Origin: Hyaloraphidium curvatum SAG 235-1
Taxonomy: Eukaryota; Fungi; Monoblepharomycota
Reading direction: 5' to 3'
Assembly: GCA_025558095.1 (NCBI GenBank)
Contig: JAIVFI010000025.1
Location: 372,001-436,000, forward strand
Length of the DNA stretch: 64,000 bases
The position numbers and the translations under genes were made by a program. Positions within the stretch are counted from its first letter, which is position 1; every line of letters begins with the position of its first letter. This document shows, piece by piece, positions 53,367-64,000 of this stretch. The notes under the pieces are model-generated. The model was not told where the DNA came from and searched no databases. It saw only the letters and a list, made by a program, of their open reading frames with translations.

Positions 53367-53565
53367 TGGGCGGGCGGCAAAAGATGTCGACGCCCGGCTG
53401 CGTGGCTTCGTCGGTCCAATCGGCCGTACATCTCTTGATTTGTTCGTCGTCCACGCCGGACTGCAACGATGAGAGACGGACGGGAACGGCGGAAAGGGGA
53501 CGGTTTCGGTGCAGCAGCCAGCATGTTTCAATTCAGGTCATCCCCCGTGCCACCACCCCGCCCAG

Positions 53566-55032
53566 TCACGCCTCGGGCAGCCAGTCCCAGTTCTCCGGCT
53601 CGAACAGCTCCTTTCCCTTCCCCCTGCACACCGTCAGCGCGCCCTCCCTCGCCATCCCCGAGCGCGCGGACCCCCGCGCGACCATGGCCCGCGACGCGCA
53701 CCCCAGCACGGCGTCCTCGACCTGCGCGGCGAGCAGCGTGCGGCGGCCCGATACCGAGATCGGGTCGCGGGGGAAGCGGGATTCGGCGTCCCGGAGGAGG
53801 GAAGAGAGAGGGGGGTGGGACAGGAGGAGCGGGAGGAGGAGGACGGTGGGGGTCGAGTTGGTGCCCGGGGGTGCGCCGCGCGCCGAGACGAGGGCGTCGT
53901 GCAGCGCGCGCAGCCGGTCGGGCGGCGCGTCGGAAGATACGACGATGCAGGGCGGGGGTGGGGTGGGAGGGCTGTCGCCCTCCTCGTCGCCGCGGCCTGC
54001 CCAGAGGCTGCGGTCGAGCGAGGCAAAGTGCGCGCGGGCGGCGCGGGTCAGCACGGCGGCGGTGCGGGGGAGGTCCGCGGGGCTGAGAAGGGCGGCGGGG
54101 AGGAACGAGGAGAGGTACGGCGGGATCTCCTTCTCGGAGAAGCGCGGCGGCGAGGGCAATGCGCCGGGCGGGTCCTTGCCGGGGGGCGCCAGCTGGCGCG
54201 CGTCCCAGGCGGCCAGCCCGGCGTCGCCCAGGAATATGTGGGCGAGCAGGTCCATGGCCAGCTGGCGCACCCAGTCGGCGGGCCGCACGACGTAGGCGGC
54301 CTCGAGGGCCACCAGCTCGGGCGCCTCGCCGCCCAGCGACGTCGGCAGCCGCAGCGGGAACGGCACGCCGAAGGTGCCGACGAGCGACGTGTTGCCGATC
54401 GACCGCGGGTCCAGCACGACGGTCTCTGCGCACGCGAACGGGCGATGGGGCCACTGGCCGGGCGGCGGCGGGCGGCGCGCCGACTGCGCGTCCACCAGGC
54501 ACGGCACGCGCCAGTCCTTGAATGCGGGCTCGCTGGGCTTCAAGCTGGCGTTGTACTCCGGCGGCGGCAGGAAGCCGTCCGGGCCGTGGGCCCAGCCGCG
54601 GTCCGCGCCGCCCAGGATGTTCCACTCGGCCTCGAACAGCTCGCCGATGCGCACGGAGCCCTGGGCGGGGCGCGGCGCCACGCAGAGGTACGGCCGCACC
54701 ACGCGGCAGTTGAGGATGCGGCGGGCGGTCCACAGCAGCCGGAGCAGGGCGCGCAGCTGGTCGGGCGGGTGCAGCGGCGCCGCATCCCCCGGTGCGTCGA
54801 AGCACACGTGCGCGACGAGCGTGCAGCGCGCCGGCACGCCCTGCGACGGCAGCGCCGACGGCCGCGGGAACGGGCGGAACGGCCACTCGCCGCCGGGCCC
54901 GCTCGCGTTGGAGAGCGTCCACGGCCGCCCCGCGTCCAGCTCGGCCTCCCGCGGCCCCGCTCGCAGCCGCCACGCGACGAGCAGCGCGCACAGCAGCGCG
55001 AGCCCCCAGCGGCCACGCAGGCCGAGCGCCAT
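53566..55032 (-). CDS. Type II membrane protein, possible O-fucosyltransferase-like glycosyltransferase
   Basis: N-terminal TM; IVVSSD and VEDAVLG..S..MV..GS..SG pattern; intronless 488-aa ORF. Confidence 0.5.
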   Translation of the reverse strand: MALGLRGRWGLALLCALLVAWRLRAGPREAELDAGRPWTLSNASGPGGEWPFRPFPRPSALPSQGVPARCTLVAHVCFDAPGDAAPLHPPDQLRALLRLLWTARRILNCRVVRPYLCVAPRPAQGSVRIGELFEAEWNILGGADRGWAHGPDGFLPPPEYNASLKPSEPAFKDWRVPCLVDAQSARRPPPPGQWPHRPFACAETVVLDPRSIGNTSLVGTFGVPFPLRLPTSLGGEAPELVALEAAYVVRPADWVRQLAMDLLAHIFLGDAGLAAWDARQLAPPGKDPPGALPSPPRFSEKEIPPYLSSFLPAALLSPADLPRTAAVLTRAARAHFASLDRSLWAGRGDEEGDSPPTPPPPCIVVSSDAPPDRLRALHDALVSARGAPPGTNSTPTVLLLPLLLSHPPLSSLLRDAESRFPRDPISVSGRRTLLAAQVEDAVLGCASRAMVARGSARSGMAREGALTVCRGKGKELFEPENWDWLPEA

Positions 55033-55805
55033 CGCGGGACCGATCGGGCGTAATGCCGCGCCGTCAGTCAGTCACGGAAATGACTGCGGCGCCCGGGGGA
55101 CTGCACAACTGTGACCCTGAATCAGGGTCCGCTTCGGCTGCGCGAAGCTCGAATCGCGGAGATGCAGGCTGGCCGCAGCCTTTCCGCCGGGATGGAGGCG
55201 AGCCCGGGCCAGCGATCGTCCGCATCCGTCCGTCCGCGGCAGGGGGTGATCGGGTGGCGCGGCACGGCCTCCGGCGCTCGGCAGACGGGCCGGAACAATT
55301 GAGATTGTGTCCGAGGTCGCTCTCGGGGCGTCGGTTGCCGAGATTCGCGGTTTGGAATGGCAGTTGCTTCGGGCGATGATGACGCATCCTGAACCGTCCA
55401 GTCCGGGCGGTCCCCCCTCTCCCGGCGGATGAAGTAACCTACGACATGCGCTGATGGCTGTCATTCCGTGACGCCGAAGCAGGATGGACGGCCTGGATAT
55501 CCATTCGTCGGGCCGTGTGGTGTTTATTCAACGGACGACCTGGCCCCTCGCCCACCCTGGCCGCCCTTCCCGCTCCCTGCTCGCCCGGCCGATGCATCAT
55601 GGCTTCCATTTCCGATGCAGCGATCTATCTGCAAGAGGAAACTGTAATCCGGCGTCCGGCTTGCCACAGTCCAGTTTGCCAGTTTCGCTCGCGGTCCTTT
55701 GCCACATCAACGGCGCATCGTCCCGCTGTCACCCAAAGCTCTTCCGGAGCCAGAGCGGGCCTCACGGTCGATTATTGCCTCCGCCGCTACCCCCTCGGCA
55801 CAAGC

Positions 55806-58800
55806 ATGGCGTCCCCGCGCCCCACCGCCCGCATCTCCCAGCTCTCCTCGCACCTCTGCGCCCCCCCTCCCCCGCTCTCCGCCTCGCCCACCGACGCGCC
55901 CTACGATTCGGAACCCGCCCCGGCGTCCGAATGGGACGCCGAGCTCGCGGAGCTCCGCCTCCGCCTCAAGATGGCGCGCGAGGTGCCCGCGTCGGACCCC
56001 GGCCGCGTGAGGCAGGCGCAGCAGGGCAAGCTGATGGTGCGCGACCGCGTGGCGGGGATGCTGGACGGGGGCAGCCTGGTGGAGATCGGGTCGATCGCGG
56101 GCAAAGGGACGTACGATGAGGAGGGGAACGTACGAGGGTTCACGAGGGCAAACTACGTCGCGGGGCGCGGGACGGTGGGGGGGAGGCCGGTGGTGGTGGG
56201 CGGAGACGACTTCTCGGTGAGGGGAGGACACGCGGACGGGGCCATCTGGCGCAAGGCGCAGTACACGGAGCAGATGGCGCGGGAGCTGCGGATCCCGCTC
56301 ATCAGGCTGCTCGACGGGAGCTCGGGGGGCGGCTCCGTGGCGAGCATCCTGAAAAGATGGATTCGGATATGTGTAGGCCGATTGGTCGACCGATCCGGTG
56401 GGCAGAGTGGGGTGGGTGCTGTCCAAGCAGTCGAAACCCCCAGCGAACCCCCGCCCCGCCCGGCGTGTGATTACATACTCGCGGAAGATTCCTAGCTTCA
56501 TTTCATTGCTTCCTTTAGATTATGTGTTCCCGCCGGGAATTCGAGGCTTTTCATTCTCGGTCGTTCAGCAGACGTAATTGCCCCTCGAACGCGCCCGATC
56601 CCGCGCCCCCCTCCCTCCCGCGCTGCCCCCGAGCGCGAAGCGACGTCCACGGTTTCCATCTGCGCCCGAAATGGATGCCGAATCCGGGCCACTGGGCCGG
56701 CGCCGTCGCCCGGAACACCCGAGATGGCGCCGTCCCTAGGAACCGCCGTCCCTCGTGATCCAGCCACGTCGGGACGATGCCGTCGTCCCCCGAGACGCCG
56801 TTGACGGCGGTGAGCACCTCTAAAGGCCGACGGCAGCGCCAAAGATGGGAATCATGACGCGTCCGAGCAGGTTAAGGTGCCTGGTAGACGTCCCTTCGGC
56901 GACGACTGTCCGCCGCGTTCCTGCCCGAGTACGCACCGCAGCGACGATGCAGGCGGTCAAGTCACATTCCGTAGGTATTGCCACCGTCGGATCCGGCCCC
57001 GCGGGTAGGTTGCCGACGTGTTTCCGTCCCCAGGTGCTCGCCCGTGCGGAAACGTGCTCGCGGGACAGGAAGGCGGCCTCCAAGAGCCGCGGGCCCGACC
57101 TTTCGACGTGAAATCACGACACTTGCCGTCCAGTATCGTCAGATTGGCATCCCGACAGAGCCCCGCGGAGTTGGTCGCCCGGGGGCGATGACGGTGCGCG
57201 AGGCGCGACGCTGCCGTGGCCAAACGGCCCCGAGGATGCCCCGACGGCGGCGGAACCGGCGAGCTCTGCCACCATCAGGAACCTCCCGGGACCGTGACCG
57301 CGGCGTCGGGGCACCGGCGGGGGAACGGGGCGGCGACGTCCCACGAAATGGGACGCCGTCTGGCGCACGGGGGAGAGCCGCCACCGGGTTGCCTGCCCGG
57401 CAGGGGGCGTTTGGAAGCTGCTTCTTTCGGCTTTTGAGCCCGCTTGCCAAGTTCCGGGGCGCTTGTTAGGGACGCCCGCGGGGATAACAGAGATGGCGCG
57501 CGTGGATGCGACCACCAATCATTTTCGAAGCTTCATCTTCGAAGCTTCGCGCGCAGGACAAGCGCAGCGAAGCGCGGCTCGCTGGAACCGCCGGCAAAAG
57601 GCAGCGCAGGCCCTTGGAAGCGAGGAAAGAAGCTCAGCGTTTTCAATTCGGACGAGCAGGAGGCAGAAGGGCCCAGAGCGTGCACGTTCAAAGTCAAATC
57701 AGCAGCTCTACAACTCACCCTCGTCCTCCTTCCTAGCGTCGCGCGCCGCCTCCCTCGACCGCCTCAGATCCTTCGCAGTCTTCAACCTGCTGGGCAACCT
57801 CCGAGACGTCGGTGCGGGAAGGGTCGGGGGGAGCGAAGAAGGAGCGATGCTGGGCTGCGGGCGAAAGAGGGGAGAGTTGAGGATCGAAGCTGCACGTGGT
57901 ACGTCAGAGAAGGCCAGTTGACAACCAGCTGGAGCGACTTACTGTTCTCCAGATCCTCCGTCTCGTCGTCAGACGAGCGGTCGAGGGTGTACAACGAGCG
58001 ACGGCCCAGGTCGTCGTCGTCCAAGTGCGGTGCCTTGCGTTTGCGGATGGGCGGCTTGAAGAAGGAGGCAGGAAGGCGAGGGTCAAGATCTCGTCGACCT
58101 CCCCGCTGTCGAACCTGCCCACCTCCGGGTTTTGCTCGCGGGTGTTTGTCTCCAGGTCTTGCTCGTTGTCGCTCTGCTCCGGGTCGTGCGTCTCGTCAAA
58201 GTCATCTGCAAAGAGAGCGATGATCAGCAGGGAGACTGTCGACGACAGGGGCGCTCACCGAAGGGGACGAAAGCCAAGCGCTCCAGCCCGGCCGCGATCT
58301 GGTGCATCACAGACTGGCCTTGCGGGGCTGCCTGTCGACGGGCTCCGGGGCCGCGCTTGCGACGCTCGTCTGGGAACATGTCCGGGCCGAGGAAGAGGCG
58401 GTCGCCGACCTCGGGGCCCTCGTGCGCGATGAAGGCCCTGAGCTCCTTCTCGGTCCTGGTCGAGCGCGTTTCCTTGAAGGCCTTGATGAAGAACTGCGAA
58501 GGAAACGAAGATCAGCGCGCGGTCGGGTCTGTGCCGACGCCCCACCTCAGCCGCTGCATGCCGCGGGACCTGCTTGGTCTTCTTGACGAGGTCCAGGAGC
58601 GGCTTGGCTGCACGAGCGTCGGGGTCGATGCCCATGTCGCGAAAGGTGCGACGCCTGTGGTCGTTTTCGCCGACCAGCTCGGTCTTCAGGAACTCCTTGT
58701 CAATCATCTTGTGGCCCGGGTAGGCGCGCCGCGCTCGAGCCGAGAGGGGCCCGCCGCGGCGGATGCTGGAGGGCCTTTCGGCCTTGTCTGCAGGCTGCAA

Positions 58801-61800
58801 CGAACGAAGCTTCAGATCACGGTGGGAACAAGCGGGGCGGCGTGCTGCTCACGTTGAGGTGGTCGAGGTGTGCCATCTCATGGACCATCTTCAGCTCCAC
58901 AAGGTTCTCGAACTCGACTTCTTCGTCCTCGTCGGCGTACATCTCGGGCATCAGGCGACAGCCGCAGTCGGCGGGATTCGCGAGGCCGATGACACAAGGA
59001 AAGAAGCCTTTGTCGTGCGGGTGTGCTGCCTGGAGGATTCGCGCCATCTCGCCGAACTTGTACCGGTGGTAAGAGTGGTCTTCGGCCGCGGCCGCGAGGA
59101 CGAGGAGCCTGCGAGCGGCTTCGCGGTTGGCGGACCGTGCCGAGCCATCGCGGATCGAGGAGGGCGGTGCGGCGCTCGCGCGCCCCTTGCCCTTGGCGCC
59201 CGCGGCGGCGGCGAGAAGCTGAGACGACATTTTGGCGGAGGGTAGCGGCACTCTTGGAGGTGAGGTGAGGTGAGGAGATTCTCGGTTTTGTGAGGACCGA
59301 TTACTCAGCGGTCGCGCCTTTGTCGCACCCCGAAGGGCGCGAACCATCGTACGGTTTTGGTCGCGAATCGCCTTCGCGAACCATGCCTATATATGGCCCG
59401 AGATCCAAGGGGCAGCCCGCAACCGCTCGCCCCCCACGCGCTCCACCATGATGGGGCCCGTCAGCCCGTCGTCCTCGCCCCCTCCGCCGGCCTCTCTGCT
59501 GACGGCTCCCACGACGGCCGCCCCCGCGACCAAGCCCCACAAGAAGGGCCGCGCCGAGAACGCCCCCGCGCCCCCTCCCTCCGCGCCCACTCCCTCTGCG
59601 CCCCCTCCCTCTGCGCCGGCCTCGAACGCCGGGTCCGCCTCCGCCCCGCCGGCTCTCATTCAGAAGAGGGGACCGCGGCCGGGAGCGCCGAACGCAGGCC
59701 GGAAGCCCAAGGACGTCTCACATGACCCCAAGAAGCTTGCCAAGCAACAGGCGCAAAAGGCCTACGACAAGCAGCGGAACGACGCGAAGCGTGCCGCGGC
59801 GGCCGCGAAGGAGTTGACGACCTGGGAGGCCAAGACCGCCGAGAAGAGGGCGAAGGAGCTGCAGAACATCGCGGACTCGACGGCGAGGAAAAAGGAGGCG
59901 ATCGCGCAGGGCCTGGTGAGTCACGCCGATCTCGGGTCTTGTTCGCTGACTTCCCGTTGCACAGCTCGTCCCCGGCACCGAAGACAAGCAGCGCGAGATG
60001 GAGTACAGTTACGACAAGTACACGGAACGCCGCTTGCTCACGGGCTGGATCAAGTTGTTCCTGGTGGGGCACGCGCTTTCCCTCTCTGCTGTCCCCATGC
60101 TGACTCTAGGCCAGTGGCTCGAGCAAGACGGCAAGTGCGCGGGCTGCGGTGGGCCGCTCGAGGACCTGATTCTCGACTGCAATCACGCTTTCGGCAAGGT
60201 GAGCTGGAACCGTGCTGGTCACTTAAGGTCCGTTCATTTCGCCTCCTCCCAGAAGCGCTTCCGGCTCGCCAAATCCAGCACTCACAAGCCAAGCGACACG
60301 ATACGCGAGGCCCCCAAGACGGATCTCCGGCATATAATCTGCCACAAGCTTGAAACCCGGCGCCAGATGAAGGCTGGAGAGGTCAAGTTTGGGCGGTCCG
60401 GTTTCTCGAAGGGCCACGGGTCGGCCGAACAGGAGTAATCTATGAGAAAAACAGTTGTAGACGGCTTCCGTACACTGCGAAGCACATTCAATTCAAGGCA
60501 GATTCGAAGGCCTTGTTTGTGTCAACAAGCTCCTCTTTCCGCTCCGCGCACTCCCAGCAGACGCGCATCGACCGTGTGCTCCTTACAGTCGCGTATTCCT
60601 GCCTCGTGTCGCTCGCGGAGAGCTCGCCCGCGGGCGCTTCCGTGGCAGTGCGGCGGTGTCGCGCATCGGCATCGGGTCGACCGTTCGCGAACGTGCGTCC
60701 GGGGCAGCAGCGACGGCGTCTCGACCATCATCATCACGGCAGCGACAGCGGCACGGCGCGGATGCGGCACTTGAACGCCTACCGGCCCGCTCAACTCCGG
60801 TTGGAGCTACAGTTATATCCCTCCCAGCGTCAAGATGGAGCACATGGTGAAGCTGCTGGCGGAGGTGCCGGTCGTGGCGGCGTGCCTGGGGCCTGCTGTG
60901 GGCTTGGCTGCAGCCAAGGCAACCCTCACCCATTTCAGCGTGATGTGCAAGGTGGATATGGCTTCCTCCTGCTCACCGTCTCCTTTCTTACCACTTGCAA
61001 TTGTCACCGGCACGCAGGGCATCGGATCGCTCTTCGCCGCGGGCCCCCCCGTCGTCTCCCACGCCACCCACGAGACCGTGACCAAGAACCAGCTCGGCGG
61101 CCCCTCGATCCACTGCCGCAACGGCACCGTGGACAACGAGTGCGTCGACGAGGGCGAGTGCTTCGCGACGCTGGCGCGGTTCCTGTCGTACCTGCCGTCG
61201 TCGCGGTACGAGCTGCCGCCCTGTGTACCGTACCAGGGGAGGAGAAACAACTGGACGCCCGCGGGGCTGATGGTGGGGGAGGACGCACAGGTCATCGTCG
61301 ATGCGATCCCGCACAACCGCAAGAAGCCCGTGGGCCGACCGGCGCCCCTCGTCGTCCTTATTCGCTGACCGACCGCTCCGCAGTACGACCCCAAGGTCTA
61401 CGTCGAGCGGATCGTCGACGAGGACACGCTGTTCGAAATAGGCCCCGATTGGGGCCGCGAGCACCGCACCTTCCTCGCCCGGCTGGACGGCCGCCCCGTC
61501 GGCGTCCTCGCCTCGGACCCGCGCTTCGGCGGCGCCGCGCTGACCGCCCTGGCGTCGTCCAAGATCGGGCGGCTGGTCGGGATCTGCGCCACCTTCAAGC
61601 TGCCGATACTCAACTTTGTCGACTGCCCGGGGTTCGCAATCGGGACGAGGGCGGAGAAGGAGGCGACCATCAGGCTGGGAAGCAGGCTCGCATGTGTGAT
61701 GTTCGAGAGCAAGATCCCGTATTTTACCGTCATCGCGAGGAAGGTGGGCACTCTCTGGTCACCCTACGTGAAGCGGAGCTGATCTCTCGCCTCCGGACAG

Positions 61801-62272
61801 TGCTTCGGGGTCGCTGGCTCCATCCTCGCCAACCCGGGCCAGGGCAACATCGAGCTCTCTTCCGGCATGGACCTCCGCATCGGGTGGTTAGTGCTGCCCC
61901 CGGATCCGTTACCCGCTGCCGCTGACCGTGCCCCGCAACAGGCCCATGGTCGAGGCCGGCAGCCTGCCCATCGAAGGCGGCATCGAAGCCGCCTTCAAGG
62001 GCGAACTCGAGGCCATCGCCGACCCCGCGGCCCGCGCGGCTCGCAAGGAGGTCATCGACCGCGAAATCCGCGCCTTCATGAGCCCGCTGCGCACTGCCGA
62101 GGCGTTCGACCTCGAGGAGCTGGTTGACCCGCGGAGGACGAGGAGCCTGGCGGTGCCGTGGGTCAGGAGGATGTACGAGGTGCGGCTCCCGCAGCTGATG
62201 CACTTGGAGATGGGGAGGGCGGACGGATGGGGACCCAATGCGGTGGGCGCCAAATCGACGTACTTGCCGTGA
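55806..62272 (+). CDS. Acyl-CoA carboxylase carboxyltransferase (PCC/MCC beta-like), split by a 4.4-kb insertion
   Basis: 5' part: QGKLMVRDRV, DDFSVRGGHADG, RLLDGSSGGGSV (to ~56361). 3' part from ~60806: SYIPP, LGPAVG, FAAGPPVV, LGG, ARLDGRPVG, FVDCPGFAIG. Confidence 0.85.
57533..59230 (-). CDS. Hypothetical protein in the insertion (degenerate Cys/His motif), multi-exon, possible frameshift near 58.1 kb
   Basis: ORFs 58817..59347 and 58255..58800 and downstream segments linked by GT-AG introns; FPC..DCGC..HEMAH. Confidence 0.5.
59448..60438 (+). CDS. Putative zinc-binding HNH endonuclease with coiled-coil N-terminus, 4 exons
   Basis: Spliced WLEQDGKCAGCG..LILDCNH..K|KRFRL..IREAPKTDLRHIICHKLET. 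Confidence 0.65.
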
Positions 62273-62320
62273 TCGGGAGGAAAGGAGAGTCTATAGAGGT
62301 TTTACAATCGTCTTTCAAAC

Positions 62321-64000
62321 TCATGCCTTGATCGGCGTCAGCACTACGCGGACACCGTCCTTGGCTTTCAGTGTGCCAGTGAAGAGCACCTTGAAGGTCC
62401 CAACGTCCGGTTTCCACTCGTACCGCCGAACGAGCTCGGCCGTCGCCATCCGTCCCTCGGCCAGAGCGAGACGCTCTCCAGCACACCGACGAGCGCCGTT
62501 GCCGAACTGTTTGCGGGGCAATCAGTTTCGCTGACCAACCAGACCAAGGGCCAACTCACGGGAGCGTAGGCAAAGAAGTTCACGGCGCCGCCGTTGGGGT
62601 CGTCGAGGAACCTCGAAGGATCCCACTTGTCCGGGTTCGATTTCCAGAAGCGCGGGTCGGTCTGCGCCCCGTACACGAACGGGAGCACCTGGTCGCCCTT
62701 GCGGAACTCGATCGTGGCGGGCTTGCCCGTGGCCGTGTCGGTGTACTCGTACACGAGGTCGCGGTTCATGACGCGGCCACCACCGTACGGTGCGGATGGG
62801 TACAGACGCAGCGTTTCTGCACGGATGGTGAGCCAAGAACGAGGCGAACAGCGCAAAGCAGCTCACCCTTCAAGCAAGCGTTGAGGATCGGCATGGCTTC
62901 CAGCTTCTCGAGGTTGGTGATGAGCTCGCCGGCTCCCGTTGCGGGGCCGAAAGCGTCTAGGACCTCGGCGCGAAGCTTGGACTGCCAGTCAGTGTTCACC
63001 GAAAGCTCGTGCGCCATAAACGATAGAAGCGCGGCGGTGGTCTGCAGACAGCTCAGTCAACGGAGGTAGAACTGATTGCTGCGGAATGACCCACGTCGTG
63101 ACCCGCAAAGAGCAACGTCACAAGCTGCCTGACAATCTCGTCATCCTCCTTGAGCCAATCTGGTACCTTTGCGCTCCTGAAGAAATCGTCCAGGATCGAG
63201 ACCCTGTCCGGATCCTCGCCCCTCTTCCGCCTTGCGACGTTGCGGAGCACGAGCTGGTTGATCGCATCCATGTCCGATTCGTACTGCTTCACTATCTTCG
63301 GGAAGAGACTCCAGATTGGGCGAGCGAAAGTGGCTTGGAGCGCGCTAAGCAGCTGCGACAGGCCGAGCACGCCGTCCCAGGCCTTCAGGTAGCGTTTCCC
63401 TTCCTCGGTCGTCTGGGCGGCCACCGCCTCGCCAAACACGAGCCGGCACACGACGTCGAACGTGAGGTTATTGAACAAAGCCTGCAGCTCGACTTTGCCG
63501 CCGTTGGCCGCCCGTTCCTTTTCCACCCTATCCAGAAAGACCGCAAACTGCTCTCGCATCACAGGGAGATAGCTCCGGATAGCGGGTGCCGCAAAGGTCT
63601 TGGTTCCGAGGTGTTCCCGAGCCTCCCTCCACTTCTGCCCGTTCGGCATCAATATGAGACCACCTGCATGCCGCCGAAGGATCTCGGCGTAGGGATGGGA
63701 GCGGTCGAAGGCCTCCCAGAGCGGTCCGGCGAACACCTCGCGCAACACGGCGGGGTCTGCGACGAGCACAGAGCGGGACCACGGCTTGAAGATGTTGTAG
63801 ATCCTGAGAACGGGCGAACCGAGCTCGCGAATGGTTTCCTTGTGATAGTCGTGGCTATCTCCCAAGCGAGAAATCGGAACCTGCCGAATGAACGGGATCG
63901 AGACGAGCGTCGGAACGCCATCTCTGAAGCTGAGGTATCGCCGGCGGTAGAGCTCCGCGAGAAGAAACAGGACCGAAATGCCGAGCGTCAGACTCGTCCA
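62321..64000 (-). CDS. Cytochrome P450 (5' end beyond window)
   Basis: FAGHD|TT, ETLRLYP, WDPSRF, FGNGARRCAG heme motif. Confidence 0.95.

Larger units (their letters stand above)
56362..60805. mobile_element. Putative 4,444-bp insertion element carrying two divergent spliced genes
   Basis: Interrupts a conserved CDS; TGGA at 56358-56361 and 60802-60805; removal restores the reading frame; no terminal inverted repeats seen. Confidence 0.7.

Noticed and set aside
60785-60812. Helitron 3' end
   Set aside because: Hairpin is followed by CTAC, not CTRR; no clear 5' TC with an A|T target; no Rep/helicase

Overview
GC-rich, gene-dense eukaryotic DNA with many short (~45-60 nt) spliceosomal introns. 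EF-1alpha carries the opisthokont insertion and the fungal-type deletion, so this is a fungus, probably an early-diverging chytrid-grade one (a monoblepharid-like lineage is an inference). About 30 genes are present: kinesin-13, an LPMO-like/CBM18 protein, RPL9, MTC6-like, ORC5, IMPACT-GRF, ankyrin, CDC37, FkbM methyltransferase, an SYCP2/Red1-like meiotic axis protein, WDR5, DCTN5, TEF1, an EVE protein, NDUFA4-like, amine oxidase, an MFS transporter, an acyl-CoA carboxyltransferase and a P450. Two loci stand out. (1) 28660-36621 is a spliced ~2,500-aa gene with two tandem serine-recombinase-like domains plus zinc fingers, a candidate eukaryotic serine-recombinase system. (2) A 4,444-bp insertion (56362-60805) splits an otherwise intact carboxyltransferase gene and carries a spliced phage/virus-type HNH nuclease gene with a divergent partner gene, and no recognisable transposase. 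All domain calls are by-eye motif recognition; no searches were run, and exon boundaries and starts are manual estimates.
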